A stretch of DNA of 38,064 nucleotides, from the IMG/VR virus record IMGVR_UViG_2526164598_000023; one strand, written 5' to 3'. Source of the DNA: a virus. Lineage: Duplodnaviria; Heunggongvirae; Uroviricota; Caudoviricetes. Every line of letters begins with the position of its first letter. The first letter of the stretch is position 1. The position numbers were made by a program, and so were the translations under genes. Shown piece after piece: positions 8,263 to 18,034 of the stretch. The notes under the pieces are model-generated. The model saw only the letters and a list, made by a program, of their open reading frames with translations. It made no database searches and was not told where the DNA came from.

Positions 8263-10952
8263 CAGCGGTACTCCTTACGTTGTTTCTGAGCCAGCAGACG
8301 CTCCAGCATTTTTTCCAGCTCATGCAGACTCATATTCAGGGCACCAGTCAGTCCTGCAGGCGCTGTGGTTTCCCTGCCATTGAGGAAAAACTGAGGATTA
8401 AAGCTGACCTGGATACCACCAGACGTTCCACCGCCGGTTGCAGCTGCACCACGGCCTGAATATCCGGCAGCCAGGATTTCAGGCGAGGGGATACGGGGAA
8501 CATCCGGTGTCATCTCATTTGCCAGACGTTGCCCTGGTAAAATCGATGCCCGGGTGGAGAGCGGAATAGCGGGCATGGAAGACAAACTATTGATTACGGC
8601 TCCGATCGCATTTTTAGCAGACGACATAAACCCATTGATATCGGGCAACGGCATACTGAAGCGAACACCTGAAGTGTTATCCCGTATTTCTGGCCCCTGG
8701 ATGCTCACGGGCATTCTGGGGAGCAGTTCACTGGCCATTCGCTGCCCGGCCAGAGCTGCAAGCGGAGTGGTCCGCTGCAGGCCAATGGCGGCCCCCTGCG
8801 CGATATTGTCACCAAAGCCCATAAACACGCGGCTCGGCGAATGAATGCCCAGCTTTTCGCTGAACCAGCCACTGATGCTGTCACCCATTCCGGTTACACT
8901 GGATTTGAGCGACTCCCATTTGTTTTTGATACCGTTAATCAGACCATCGACAAGATGGCCACCGAAGTCGGTAAACTTTGCCGGCAGATCAACACCAAGA
9001 TATTTCAGCGCAGCTGCAAAGGCTTTATAGAGCAGGCCTGCCGGCGACCAGTTAATCAGTAACTTACCAATTCCCACAATGCCGCCGTTAAAGGCTTCCT
9101 GAATGTCTGCCCAGCGCTGTTTAAACCAGCCACTGACTGCCCCCCAGTTGCGGTAGATAAGGTAAGCTGCTGCCGCGACAGCGGTGATAACGAGACCGAT
9201 GGGATTCATCATCAGCGCACGTCCAATCCAGAGAACAGCACGTCCGGCGAGCATAATTCCGCGAACCAGCCCCTCGGAGAGCACGCCACTCAGTGTTCTG
9301 GCTCCTCTGGCGACGGCGCTAAATCCGGTCACCAGCCAGCGGAGCTTACCGCCTTGCCCCAGTGCGAGCGACAGACGAAGCCAGTTGGCCCGAAGTAAAA
9401 CAGCATTTTTCCAGACACTTACAAAGGGGGAAATAAGGAGATTCAGCCCCAGTTTGAGACCAACAGTCGCTATCTTAATCGCAAGGAGCGCACTGATGAG
9501 CTTAAAAGCCCCACTGACAAATTGCGGGTGAGTCGCTACCCAGTGTTTTGCCCCCTGAATGAGTGGAAGCAGTTCCTGAGTCAAAGAAATAAAAGATGGA
9601 GCTAATTGATCGCCCAGCGTAATTGCCAGATCGCGACTGCTGACCATAAGTGTTTTAGTGGCTTCAAGGGGAGATTTCAGCCGCTGATCATAAGCACTGG
9701 CAAGCAAATCGTTATCCGCAGCCCTGAGAGCACCGGCACGGATCTCTCGATATCTGTCCATGTTGGCCAGCATCGGGCGGATAAATGCCATGACCTGCAT
9801 ATCCGCGAACATATCGCCCAGACCAAAGTTTTTCGCCAGAGCCTGAAGTGCCTCATCTCTTGCCGTATCATTCTTTATTTTCATGGCTGATTTGAAGCCG
9901 GCCAGCGCTTCGGGGCTTTTGGCATTGAGGTAACGTTCTATAACACTCAACATCCCTTCAATCGGAGAGATCCCCGCAGCTTTATAACTCGCAATAGATC
10001 CCTGCAAATCAATACCCAGATCAGCAAACTGTTTCTGAGTATCGCGGGCAAAAATTTTGGTAAGAAAGTTTTTAAAATTATTGGCTGCTTCGTCGGTGGA
10101 ACCTGCACCGATTTTTGCTATCTGGAGACTGGCCCCGATTTCAGCAACAGCCTCTTTTCCACTGGCAATACCCGCCATCATTGGGGCCAGGGACTGCATC
10201 CACTTGACCTGATCCGGGATTTCAAATGACCCCTGGTCACCGGCATAAGCCATAATATTCTGAACGGCACCAAAATCTCTGGCCGCACCTTTCAGGGAGT
10301 TTTGCCAGACTGCGGCCACTTTTGCCCAGTCCTGAGCAGACGTGCGTGTTGCCGTTGCCGCGCGGGCAATATCCGGCATCAGAAAACCGATATCTGACAC
10401 ATTATCAATATTGTCGCTGATGAGTGAACCCACCGCCTCCTGCAGCTCATCCTGATACTGATTGTATTTAAGCGCCCAGCCTTTTATCTGTCCGGCAAGT
10501 CCATCCCGCGTTTTATTGTCATATTTTGCGGTGATCGACATATCAATCATTTTGTCCTGAAAAGACATGGACTGCTGAACGGCAGGGGAAACCGTATGAT
10601 AAACAGTCTGTGCCATGCCATACGCTTCAATCCCCTGACCATACAGCGCCATGCGGTTAGCTTTCAGCGCATCACTGGTAGCGGATGCCGCTGACAGACG
10701 GCGCTGCTGGCGCTCAATTTGCTCCATGGTGCGGCTTACCCGCAGCAGCTCGCTGTTGAGATGCTGCATCCGGGAAGAACCCAGTTGACCATAACGTTCT
10801 GTTGCACGGGTTAAAGCGTTCTGACGTTCCTGCAGGCGGCGTGAGGTATCGCTCAGGGAATCAAGCGCACGGCGGGTACCGCTCATTGCAGAACGGAATG
10901 TGCTACCAATCATCCCGCCGATAACAACGCCGACTGAAAACTGTCCCGACAT
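8262..10952 (-). CDS. Tail tape measure protein, 896 aa
   Basis: Very long, Ala/Gln-rich N-terminal part and hydrophobic central segments; directly downstream of the frameshifted chaperone pair. Confidence 0.8.
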   Translation of the reverse strand: MSGQFSVGVVIGGMIGSTFRSAMSGTRRALDSLSDTSRRLQERQNALTRATERYGQLGSSRMQHLNSELLRVSRTMEQIERQQRRLSAASATSDALKANRMALYGQGIEAYGMAQTVYHTVSPAVQQSMSFQDKMIDMSITAKYDNKTRDGLAGQIKGWALKYNQYQDELQEAVGSLISDNIDNVSDIGFLMPDIARAATATRTSAQDWAKVAAVWQNSLKGAARDFGAVQNIMAYAGDQGSFEIPDQVKWMQSLAPMMAGIASGKEAVAEIGASLQIAKIGAGSTDEAANNFKNFLTKIFARDTQKQFADLGIDLQGSIASYKAAGISPIEGMLSVIERYLNAKSPEALAGFKSAMKIKNDTARDEALQALAKNFGLGDMFADMQVMAFIRPMLANMDRYREIRAGALRAADNDLLASAYDQRLKSPLEATKTLMVSSRDLAITLGDQLAPSFISLTQELLPLIQGAKHWVATHPQFVSGAFKLISALLAIKIATVGLKLGLNLLISPFVSVWKNAVLLRANWLRLSLALGQGGKLRWLVTGFSAVARGARTLSGVLSEGLVRGIMLAGRAVLWIGRALMMNPIGLVITAVAAAAYLIYRNWGAVSGWFKQRWADIQEAFNGGIVGIGKLLINWSPAGLLYKAFAAALKYLGVDLPAKFTDFGGHLVDGLINGIKNKWESLKSSVTGMGDSISGWFSEKLGIHSPSRVFMGFGDNIAQGAAIGLQRTTPLAALAGQRMASELLPRMPVSIQGPEIRDNTSGVRFSMPLPDINGFMSSAKNAIGAVINSLSSMPAIPLSTRASILPGQRLANEMTPDVPRIPSPEILAAGYSGRGAAATGGGTSGGIQVSFNPQFFLNGRETTAPAGLTGALNMSLHELEKMLERLLAQKQRKEYR

Positions 10953-11027
10953 AGTGGTTAACCTCCGGGGAAGGTGAAAAGACGTGAGGGGATAACGCAG
11001 AACAGCCGCTACTGGCGGCTGTCTGTA

Positions 11028-11445
11028 CTATGATTTGTCGCCGTACTCGCTTTTTATTTGCTCTTCAGCCTGCTCCAGCCACATCTCCAGATCGTCAGTA
11101 TCGAGGGCATCAATCTCCCCCGGCTGAAACCGGAACCATCTCGCCAGCAGCCCCTGCGCCTGCGTCAGCGCCCTAGTTGCTCTCACCCATCCCCGTGATG
11201 AGCTGAAATCGTTTCTGTAACTGCAGGTAATCAGCCAGATCCATATTGTCGAGATCTTCCGGGAGAAGACCAGTACTGCGGGCAATCAGCGGTTCGTCCC
11301 AGTCTGCCGGGTTTTTGCTGATTTTGCGCACCTGCTTCAGGTCTTTTACCGTCAGGCGTTTCAGTTCAACCTGCTCAATTCTGGTGCCTGCAGCAGTGGT
11401 GAAGGGATAAGACAATTTAAAAGTATCGGATGGGGTCTGTGACAT
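11028..11445 (-). CDS. Putative frameshift fusion product E+E' (about 139 aa)
   Basis: A second ORF (11028..11285) overlaps the 3' part of E and extends 145 nt beyond its stop. Sizes match P2 E (91 aa) and E+E' (142 aa). By codon phase E' is +1/-2 relative to E, not -1. Confidence 0.45.
11173..11445 (-). CDS. Tail assembly chaperone, P2 gpE-like, 90 aa
   Basis: MSQTPSDTFKLSYPF..., about 90 aa, between tube and tape measure genes. Confidence 0.6.
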   Translation of the reverse strand: MSQTPSDTFKLSYPFTTAAGTRIEQVELKRLTVKDLKQVRKISKNPADWDEPLIARSTGLLPEDLDNMDLADYLQLQKRFQLITGMGESN

Positions 11446-11542
11446 GATTGTGCTCCTGTGTAAGTTCAGGGCAGTATGTCGGGAGAAGCGCGTGACGGAT
11501 ATTAAAGGAGATTAAGAAGAAGGGGCCGGAGCCCCTGTGATG

Positions 11543-11824
11543 TCAGCAAGTGCGAAACCCCTTGCAGTTACGCAGGAAAGCGATGAGAAGCGTCTTTCCC
11601 TCAGATTTGCCGGTGCCGGAGAACCAGTGGTCGGGAGGCTCCCATGCTTCAATCAAATCCGCCAGTTTGCGGGCCTTTGAACGTGTGCAGTCAATCGGGT
11701 CATTGGTTTTACGGGTATTAAAAAGGGTTTCCACCCCCGGAATATCAAGGAGGGTAAACCACGTACCATTTGACATGCCCAGTGCCGCACATCGTCTTCC
11801 TTTATCCGTCAGTTCAACACTCAT
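11543..11824 (-). CDS. Hypothetical protein, 93 aa
   Basis: ORF between tube and chaperone genes, tightly packed; no recognised family. Confidence 0.4.
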   Translation of the reverse strand: MSVELTDKGRRCAALGMSNGTWFTLLDIPGVETLFNTRKTNDPIDCTRSKARKLADLIEAWEPPDHWFSGTGKSEGKTLLIAFLRNCKGFRTC

Positions 11825-11826
11825 CG

Positions 11827-12348
11827 TCAGCCCCCGATATTGATACGGTAGTCAGTCAGTTGATCAACACCGCCGACCCGGAAGATGTTGGCCAGATAGT
11901 CCAGTTGCAGCAGCTCTTCACCATCCAGTACCTGTCTGATATACGTGCAGGTGAAGCTACTGGAGAACTCGGCGTTCTCGTGCTGTTTGAACGTCCCCAG
12001 AGGGTTCTTCTTGAACATAATCGTCAGGAAGGTGACCAGCGGGATTTCGTCAATCAGCCCCTGCGAGCTGTAGCGCTGGACGCTGGAACGACACTGCAGT
12101 GCCAGCGACCTGTACGGGTTAGCGGCAGACAGCATCGCATCGCGGTAAAAGCTGTTCCATTTGATTTCGCCTTCCAGTTTGTCAAAACCAGCCGGGAGTT
12201 CCACCTTACCCACCATCCCCAGCGCCTTGTGTTCCTGCATAATCATGGAGACATCGGGGAGTTTAACTTCCTCAGCCCGTCCCAGCAGGTTAGTACCATC
12301 CAGATAGATGTTGGCATTCGTGATGCGGTTTATCTCAATCTTTGACAT
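11827..12348 (-). CDS. Tail tube protein (P2 FII-like), 173 aa
   Basis: Size and position directly downstream of the sheath gene. Confidence 0.65.
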   Translation of the reverse strand: MSKIEINRITNANIYLDGTNLLGRAEEVKLPDVSMIMQEHKALGMVGKVELPAGFDKLEGEIKWNSFYRDAMLSAANPYRSLALQCRSSVQRYSSQGLIDEIPLVTFLTIMFKKNPLGTFKQHENAEFSSSFTCTYIRQVLDGEELLQLDYLANIFRVGGVDQLTDYRINIGG

Positions 12349-13775
12349 CAGTTGCCCCCTTTCAGGGTTAACAGGTATTCCGAGGTGATCTCAGTCTCAA
12401 ACGTCAGTCGCTCCAGCGGCGGTGGTGGCGTATATTTGTAGCTCAGCAACAGGTGCCCGGCGGCCAGCTCCGTCTCCGGATTGCGGGCCGGATCAAACCA
12501 GCAACGGAAGCCCAGTACCGCACCATCACCAGTCATTTTGCGACCGTAGGCGTTGACCGACTCCGTCAGTGCATCAATCAGCGCCTGAGTAATCGGCATG
12601 TCGATGTACTGCTGGCTGAAATAACGAATGGACTCGTTGATCACATCACCGGTGCGGCGAACGTTCTCAAAGTTACGCATATGGGTGACCGTTGGCCATG
12701 CTGCCGTCCGGTTACCCCACAGACGAAGGCCGCTGCCGTAACTGCTGAATACCGTGGTGATCCCCTGTTCGTTAAGCAGGTTTACCTCACTCTGCGGGTC
12801 ATCAATCATCGCGGACAGCTGGCGCTCCACGCCGGTGATCCCCAGAATCTCCTGATTGGAGGATGACCACCAGTAGCCCTTGTCCAGATCGACTCTGGCA
12901 CGCAGACCTGCTGCACGCTGGCTGAGCGGCTCCAGACGCTCTGTGTTTGTCACCGGGTCATATACCTTCACATGCGGATAGCACAGACGGACGCGGTCGG
13001 AGCTGGTATTGAAGTTGATGGTGCCTTCCGGGCCACGACCTGCCAGAGCCTGTGCAAAGGTGGTACCGACAGGCGCATCAATGTAGGTTACCGCGCCCAG
13101 CTTCTCTGCCATGGCGATAAGCTCAACTGCGACACTCTTCTGGGTGCAGAACACCGGCGCAATCAGAATTTTGGCGAAATAGCCGTACAGGTTGAAGCTG
13201 TCGTTAAGCAGCTTCATGCCGGTTCGGTTTCCGGCGCTGTTCACCCCGCCGATGATGTCCGCCGCAGTCACCTTCGACGGGTCCGCGTACTCATAGCTCA
13301 CCTTCACGCTGCCACCGGCCTCAATAGCCTTGCCCAGGTTCGTGAGCACACCCGCCTGCGCATCAACACGGTAGTCCGTGTTCGCCGTGTGGGTGGTGCT
13401 GCCTTCACTGTTTTTCACCACCACATTAGCGACAACCGGATGCGCCAGTCTGGCCTGCCCTGTCGATTTGTCAAAGGTAACCACCTCATCCTCGATCGCC
13501 GTTTTATGTTTCGCCGGGTCGAGGACGTTAATGACCAGAACGGTGCCTGCACCATGGTCATAAATCGCATCCAGCGCCTGCGGAATGGTAAAGCCGGTGA
13601 ACTGGCTGCCAAATGCCGCTGCGTCTTTCTCAGACAGGCACTGTACCAGCGTATTGACATCCCCCATCGGGGCGGTACCAATCAGGCCAATAACGGCAGA
13701 TTTCACCGTTTTAACCGGGCGGGCTCCGTTTTCCACCTCAATGGTTTCGGGACCATGCAGATAGTTAGCTGCCAT
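12348..13775 (-). CDS. Contractile tail sheath protein (Mu L / P2 FI-like), 475 aa
   Basis: Size and position upstream of tube, chaperone and tape measure. Confidence 0.8.
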   Translation of the reverse strand: MAANYLHGPETIEVENGARPVKTVKSAVIGLIGTAPMGDVNTLVQCLSEKDAAAFGSQFTGFTIPQALDAIYDHGAGTVLVINVLDPAKHKTAIEDEVVTFDKSTGQARLAHPVVANVVVKNSEGSTTHTANTDYRVDAQAGVLTNLGKAIEAGGSVKVSYEYADPSKVTAADIIGGVNSAGNRTGMKLLNDSFNLYGYFAKILIAPVFCTQKSVAVELIAMAEKLGAVTYIDAPVGTTFAQALAGRGPEGTINFNTSSDRVRLCYPHVKVYDPVTNTERLEPLSQRAAGLRARVDLDKGYWWSSSNQEILGITGVERQLSAMIDDPQSEVNLLNEQGITTVFSSYGSGLRLWGNRTAAWPTVTHMRNFENVRRTGDVINESIRYFSQQYIDMPITQALIDALTESVNAYGRKMTGDGAVLGFRCWFDPARNPETELAAGHLLLSYKYTPPPPLERLTFETEITSEYLLTLKGGN

Positions 13776-14019
13776 GGGCGTCCTCCGTTTTCACTTCGCT
13801 GTCACTGCTGCTTCTGCGCTTTGGTGACTGCACAGCCGGTGTGACGGCGGGTTTAGTATCTTCTGGTACCGGCGTCAGATGCTTCAGCGCCACCAGTACC
13901 TTCACGTAGTCATGCTCCTCCGGCAGGGAAACCGCCTTCCCCGGCCAGAGCAGGATTTCGGTTCCGTCCGACAGCGTGACGCCGCTGGCCGGGCCGGAAT
14001 AGCGGTATGCTTTCATCAC
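13765..14019 (-). CDS. Hypothetical protein, 84 aa (Mu gp38 position)
   Basis: ORF with overlapping ends in the head-tail joining region. Confidence 0.45.
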   Translation of the reverse strand: MMKAYRYSGPASGVTLSDGTEILLWPGKAVSLPEEHDYVKVLVALKHLTPVPEDTKPAVTPAVQSPKRRSSSDSEVKTEDAHGS

Positions 14020-14480
14020 TCGCTTTCCTCATAGTTCACTTCGGTTAACAGCGGGCCGGACGGTAAATCGCTGTCTTCGATAAAGATGCTTTCAGTCGCG
14101 AAGTCGAGGGCGTATTGCCACAGCCCCCTGACTTCACCGATAAACACCTCGCGGGTCAGCCAGATACGGCGGCGGCAGCCGGGCGGGGTGTAGCCACCGA
14201 GAATGCGGCGGACAGCATCCAGGACATTAATCGCCCCTTTTTTACCGTTGAGCTGGCGGAAGACCACCGTGACGCAGAGCTGGATAGTCTGAGACTGGAT
14301 CACCGCACCGGTATCATCCGGCCTGTCAAAGCGCGAACCGGCATAGCTCAGCAGCAACGCGCCAACCGGATGGTTCAGGCGATATTCAGCCGGTTTCTCC
14401 GGGAAGTACTCCACCTGCAGTTGCGGCAGCTTCTCGCGTAACCGGGCCAGTACCGCATCAAGGACGGGCAGAACGTTCAT
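14016..14480 (-). CDS. Mu gp37-like head-tail protein, 154 aa
   Basis: Position and size. Confidence 0.5.
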   Translation of the reverse strand: MNVLPVLDAVLARLREKLPQLQVEYFPEKPAEYRLNHPVGALLLSYAGSRFDRPDDTGAVIQSQTIQLCVTVVFRQLNGKKGAINVLDAVRRILGGYTPPGCRRRIWLTREVFIGEVRGLWQYALDFATESIFIEDSDLPSGPLLTEVNYEESE

Positions 14481-14926
14481 CAGTATTTCTCCAGTAAACC
14501 GTCACGACCGCCGAAAGTGGCCGGGCGACTGCGTACACGAAACTCGCCAGGCTCAGGCACATCTTTCTGAGTGGACGGCAGCCCCAGCGTGAGCCTGTTA
14601 TCACGTAACTCCCTGAGTTGCCGCAGCGCTTCTTTGTGGTCATCCTTCACCGTATCCGGGAGGTCACCTTCCGGGCGGCGGGCGTAGAGCCGGTAACGGA
14701 CCAGCGTGATGGCAATGTCCCGCAGAACAGTCGGTATCTCTGCCAGTGGCAGGATATAGCGTCCGCGCAGATGGGCATCAATCAGCTCGTCGGCATAGCG
14801 GATACAGCTGTCCACCACACGGGTATTCACTGTTGCAGGCGAGTCGAAGTCCATCTCTTCACTGGTGAGCTCGATAAGCGTCCGCTCCGGCACCTGCGCA
14901 AGCAAATCCTCCAGGGTGCAGTACAT
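14480..14926 (-). CDS. Mu gp36-like protein, 148 aa
   Basis: Start moved to ATG at 14924-14926 (MYCTLEDLLAQVPE...), which removes the overlap with the upstream gene. Confidence 0.5.
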   Translation of the reverse strand: MYCTLEDLLAQVPERTLIELTSEEMDFDSPATVNTRVVDSCIRYADELIDAHLRGRYILPLAEIPTVLRDIAITLVRYRLYARRPEGDLPDTVKDDHKEALRQLRELRDNRLTLGLPSTQKDVPEPGEFRVRSRPATFGGRDGLLEKY

Positions 14927-14927
14927 G

Positions 14928-15266
14928 TCACACCCCGCGCAGGATACGAATGACGTCGCCTTCACCCCCGGCTTCATCAAGTGCAATACCACAGGATTTA
15001 CCGTCGCCGGACTGCGGCACGGCTCTGGCCTGAGCATCTGACTGAACAGCCACACCACGGCTGACAGCGGCCCCGGCCTCGACAGCAATAATGCCCAGAA
15101 CGCTCACCGGCGTGCTGTCGCCGGTAACAGCATCCACTTCGGCAACCCCGAGCGCTGCGGCACCGGCTTTACAGGGGGTATTATCTGCCCCGACAAAACG
15201 CTGCTGTGCCAGTGCTGCCCCTGCCGTTACGGTTGTGATCAGAATGACCTGCTGAGTGGTTCCCAT
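14928..15266 (-). CDS. Hypothetical Ala/Gly-rich head-associated protein, 112 aa
   Basis: ORF directly downstream of the major capsid gene. Confidence 0.45.
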   Translation of the reverse strand: MGTTQQVILITTVTAGAALAQQRFVGADNTPCKAGAAALGVAEVDAVTGDSTPVSVLGIIAVEAGAAVSRGVAVQSDAQARAVPQSGDGKSCGIALDEAGGEGDVIRILRGV

Positions 15267-15275
15267 AACGCCTCC

Positions 15276-16229
15276 TTATTTACTGATACCGGTAATGAGA
15301 TACCCGGCATCGCCACCAACCACGGCGACTTTGTAGATATCGGTATAACGGCAGTACTTCACCTTGCCACCGGCTCCGTCGTATTTGTCGGCAACAGGCA
15401 TCCCCTTACGACGCAGGGTGTAGCCGAAGGACGGCTCGTTCTCGTCCGCGCTGTCCGCCCCCGGCTGCGGTTTGCCGACATAGTGCAGCATCAGATTGTC
15501 TCCCCAGATATCCGCCGGCACGCTGTTCTTATCCATTGCCGCTTTCATGGACGGCAGGGAGACTGGGGCACCGATGACGATCTCTTCGATCTGAAAGAGG
15601 TCCTGCAGGATTTCTGTGGTGATGCGCTTGCGTTCGTTGGCTCCGATGGCGGCCTGAATCGCCGGGTGGAACTTCAGCAGCGCCATCACGCCGGCCCCCA
15701 TGGTCATCAGGTTAGGACGCAGCCCCGTGGCCGTACGGACCGCTTCCATACCGGCTTCAATCACCCCGATGGGGTCCCCCTTACCACCGGCCCAGCGATC
15801 ACTGGCTGTCAGTTTTTTGACGTGCCCGGTACGGTAGACCTTTTCATCCTGAGCCAGACGGGCAGCGATAAGTTCACGGCGCAGGTTCACGCCATTCGTG
15901 GCGCGACGGATGGCCTTGCTCTCTTCGTTAAACATGGACTCCGCCTGCTCGCGATAGTCCACCGGCGCAGCCAGATCGTGTTCACCCAGCACCAGGTCCA
16001 GCGTGCCTGTTTTTTCACGAACCAGAACATTGCTGTCCGCCCCGACGGCACGCTCGGTGTCATATTCCACAAAGGCGGTTTTCCCGAAGGTCGGTACACG
16101 CACGCCTTCCTTGTCCGTCAGCACGACGGGGAAAATACGTTCGCCGATGAATGCGGCATTTTTATAGCCACGGGCGATACTGGTCAGTACCGGATCAACG
16201 ACACGTTTACCTTTTAAGTAATCAGACAT
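15276..16229 (-). CDS. Major capsid protein (Mu T-like), 317 aa
   Basis: Position downstream of the protease/scaffold gene; size close to Mu T. Confidence 0.7.
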   Translation of the reverse strand: MSDYLKGKRVVDPVLTSIARGYKNAAFIGERIFPVVLTDKEGVRVPTFGKTAFVEYDTERAVGADSNVLVREKTGTLDLVLGEHDLAAPVDYREQAESMFNEESKAIRRATNGVNLRRELIAARLAQDEKVYRTGHVKKLTASDRWAGGKGDPIGVIEAGMEAVRTATGLRPNLMTMGAGVMALLKFHPAIQAAIGANERKRITTEILQDLFQIEEIVIGAPVSLPSMKAAMDKNSVPADIWGDNLMLHYVGKPQPGADSADENEPSFGYTLRRKGMPVADKYDGAGGKVKYCRYTDIYKVAVVGGDAGYLITGISK

Positions 16230-16243
16230 GCTCTCTCCTTAAA

Positions 16244-17359
16244 TTACAGGCAGCGTGCGACAGCAGCCTCATAGCTGATGCCTTCTTTTTTGGACAGGGC
16301 CACTGCTTTCTGATGCAGGGCCAGACGCTCAGGATCGGCTTCCGCAAACTCTGCCACATCCACCTTCACCGTGTCGCCGACACGCTCTTTTGTGGCCTGT
16401 TCGGCGAAATTCATCACCGGCTCCCCGTCGGAGAGCAATGAACGAAAGGCGGTGGCCAGCGGTGTGCGGCTTTCCCCCTCAGCAAACTCCACCGGCTTGT
16501 CGCCACCGGCGACGGCATCCAGCAGGGCAACCACCACGGAGGAGGCGCGGGGAGCCAGACGGCCCTCTGCGACCAGTTTTTCTGCAAAGGCCACATTGTC
16601 CTTATGCAGTTGCTCCTGTCTGACCTGTGCATCACGCGCATCGCGATCAGCAGCCTGCTGCTTCAGGCGGCGGTTCTCCTCCTGAAGGGCTTCAATCTCT
16701 TCTTTTGTCATCGATGATTCCTCGTTACTTGCGGAAGACGGCACCTGGCCTGTCTCACTGAATTGCGCACCTGCTGCATCCTGCGACGGTGTGTCGCGGT
16801 ACGCCTCTTCGCGCAGATTGTTGAGCTGCCATTCCGGCAGGACTTTTTCTGCTTCGTCCAGACTGAAGCGGGCGATCAGAAAATCGCGCAGCTTTCCCCA
16901 CAGGGAGGCATTCGTGATGGCCTGCCAGTCGGCGAACTCCACCACACCTTCTTCCTGCTCACTGAAGGACACCTGTTTCAGCCCCTTGACGGAAGGTGGC
17001 TGTGCCCCGAGAAAGCCCACATGGCGCAGGTAGAGCACGCCGGGCTTCGGATTGGACGGTGAATCCGGGAGGTAGAAAGAGGCGGACACTTTTTTGAATC
17101 GTCCGTCGGTGACCATCTCAGCAAACTGCGGGTCCAGCTGGGCAGGCTCTGCCATCAGATCGACGCCGCTGAGCGACAGGGCTTTCACCCAGCCCCACGC
17201 CGGGTCTTCCGTTCTGGGATGACCAATCACGAGTGGTGCTTCATGGACGGACGGGTCATAGGCTTTCACGCAGGCGGCAAGATCGTCTGGCGTGAACGGC
17301 AGTTTTTTGCCGTGCATATCGGTATGAGTACCGGCTTTAAAAATGTGAATGGCTGACAT
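16244..17359 (-). CDS. Head maturation protease / scaffold (Mu I-like), 371 aa
   Basis: N-terminal domain followed by an acidic, coiled-coil-like C-terminal part (EEIEALQEENRRLKQQAADRDARDAQVRQEQ). Confidence 0.65.
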   Translation of the reverse strand: MSAIHIFKAGTHTDMHGKKLPFTPDDLAACVKAYDPSVHEAPLVIGHPRTEDPAWGWVKALSLSGVDLMAEPAQLDPQFAEMVTDGRFKKVSASFYLPDSPSNPKPGVLYLRHVGFLGAQPPSVKGLKQVSFSEQEEGVVEFADWQAITNASLWGKLRDFLIARFSLDEAEKVLPEWQLNNLREEAYRDTPSQDAAGAQFSETGQVPSSASNEESSMTKEEIEALQEENRRLKQQAADRDARDAQVRQEQLHKDNVAFAEKLVAEGRLAPRASSVVVALLDAVAGGDKPVEFAEGESRTPLATAFRSLLSDGEPVMNFAEQATKERVGDTVKVDVAEFAEADPERLALHQKAVALSKKEGISYEAAVARCL

Positions 17360-17573
17360 TTTGCTGTCCCGCGTTATGTTGTCGGAGACAGTTTGTGAGA
17401 AATGCAGGCCCGGCGATTTTAATCTGCTTTAGAAAACATCAGGGGAGAAGGACAGGGAAAGCAATACGGTGAACCGGAGGCGGTTATAAAACAGAGGCTG
17501 TAAAGCCTTTATAAAGGTAATACAGCCCCTCATTCGCTGGCAATGATAAATCACCCGCCTGAAGAGAGAAAAC

Positions 17574-18032
17574 TCAGCGACGGGCCGCTGATTCAAGATG
17601 GCGGACAATGGTATCGAGGATGGGGATTACCACTTCAGGCTGTAGTTCTCCATCCCCCGTCACCGGCAGGAACGGGCGGGCCGGAAGTTCAACAGACTCA
17701 TTACGCCCCGTTTTACCCCCGAACTGGTGAATGGCACCGTAAACAACGTTGGTCCCCACAACAGCCTGCCGGTCGTCATGGTCGGTTGATACTGACCCCA
17801 TCAGACGCCCGGTATCCTGCAGTGTCTGCCCGTCACGCTCTTCCGCTGCCAGCGAGGGCATCCACCCCGGACGCCCCTCATCAAGAAAGTTAAACTGTGT
17901 TTCCGCCAGCAGGGTTCCGGCAATTTTGCGCATCGCGGGCTCCAGGTCTGTGGCAGCAAGATCCAGCGCACGGAGGCTCCGGCGCAGGGATTTATCGTTA
18001 ATGGTGATACTGACCAGGTTATCGGAAGCCAT
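17574..18032 (-). CDS. Virion morphogenesis protein (Mu G-like), 152 aa
   Basis: Position between the F-like and I-like genes. Confidence 0.55.
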   Translation of the reverse strand: MASDNLVSITINDKSLRRSLRALDLAATDLEPAMRKIAGTLLAETQFNFLDEGRPGWMPSLAAEERDGQTLQDTGRLMGSVSTDHDDRQAVVGTNVVYGAIHQFGGKTGRNESVELPARPFLPVTGDGELQPEVVIPILDTIVRHLESAARR

Positions 18033-18034
18033 TG

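Noticed and set aside
11002-11022. 8-bp stem-loop ACAGCCGC-tactg-GCGGCTGT between the chaperone and tape measure genes
   Set aside because: No U-tract on either strand; it sits in a 75-nt gap within a co-transcribed operon, so a terminator is unlikely. It could affect translation, but I have no support for that.
12972-13844. Long plus-strand ORFs antisense to the minus-strand structural genes (for example 12972..13844, 15483..16217, 20612..21904, 6585..7139)
   Set aside because: They lie wholly inside well-supported phage genes on the other strand, encode low-complexity Arg/Gly/His-rich sequence typical of antisense frames in GC-rich DNA, and have no RBS or family resemblance.
14927-15088. 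Upstream extension of the gp36-like ORF (track ORF 14480..15088)
   Set aside because: It overlaps the preceding gene in another frame; an internal ATG at 14924-14926 gives a non-overlapping start.
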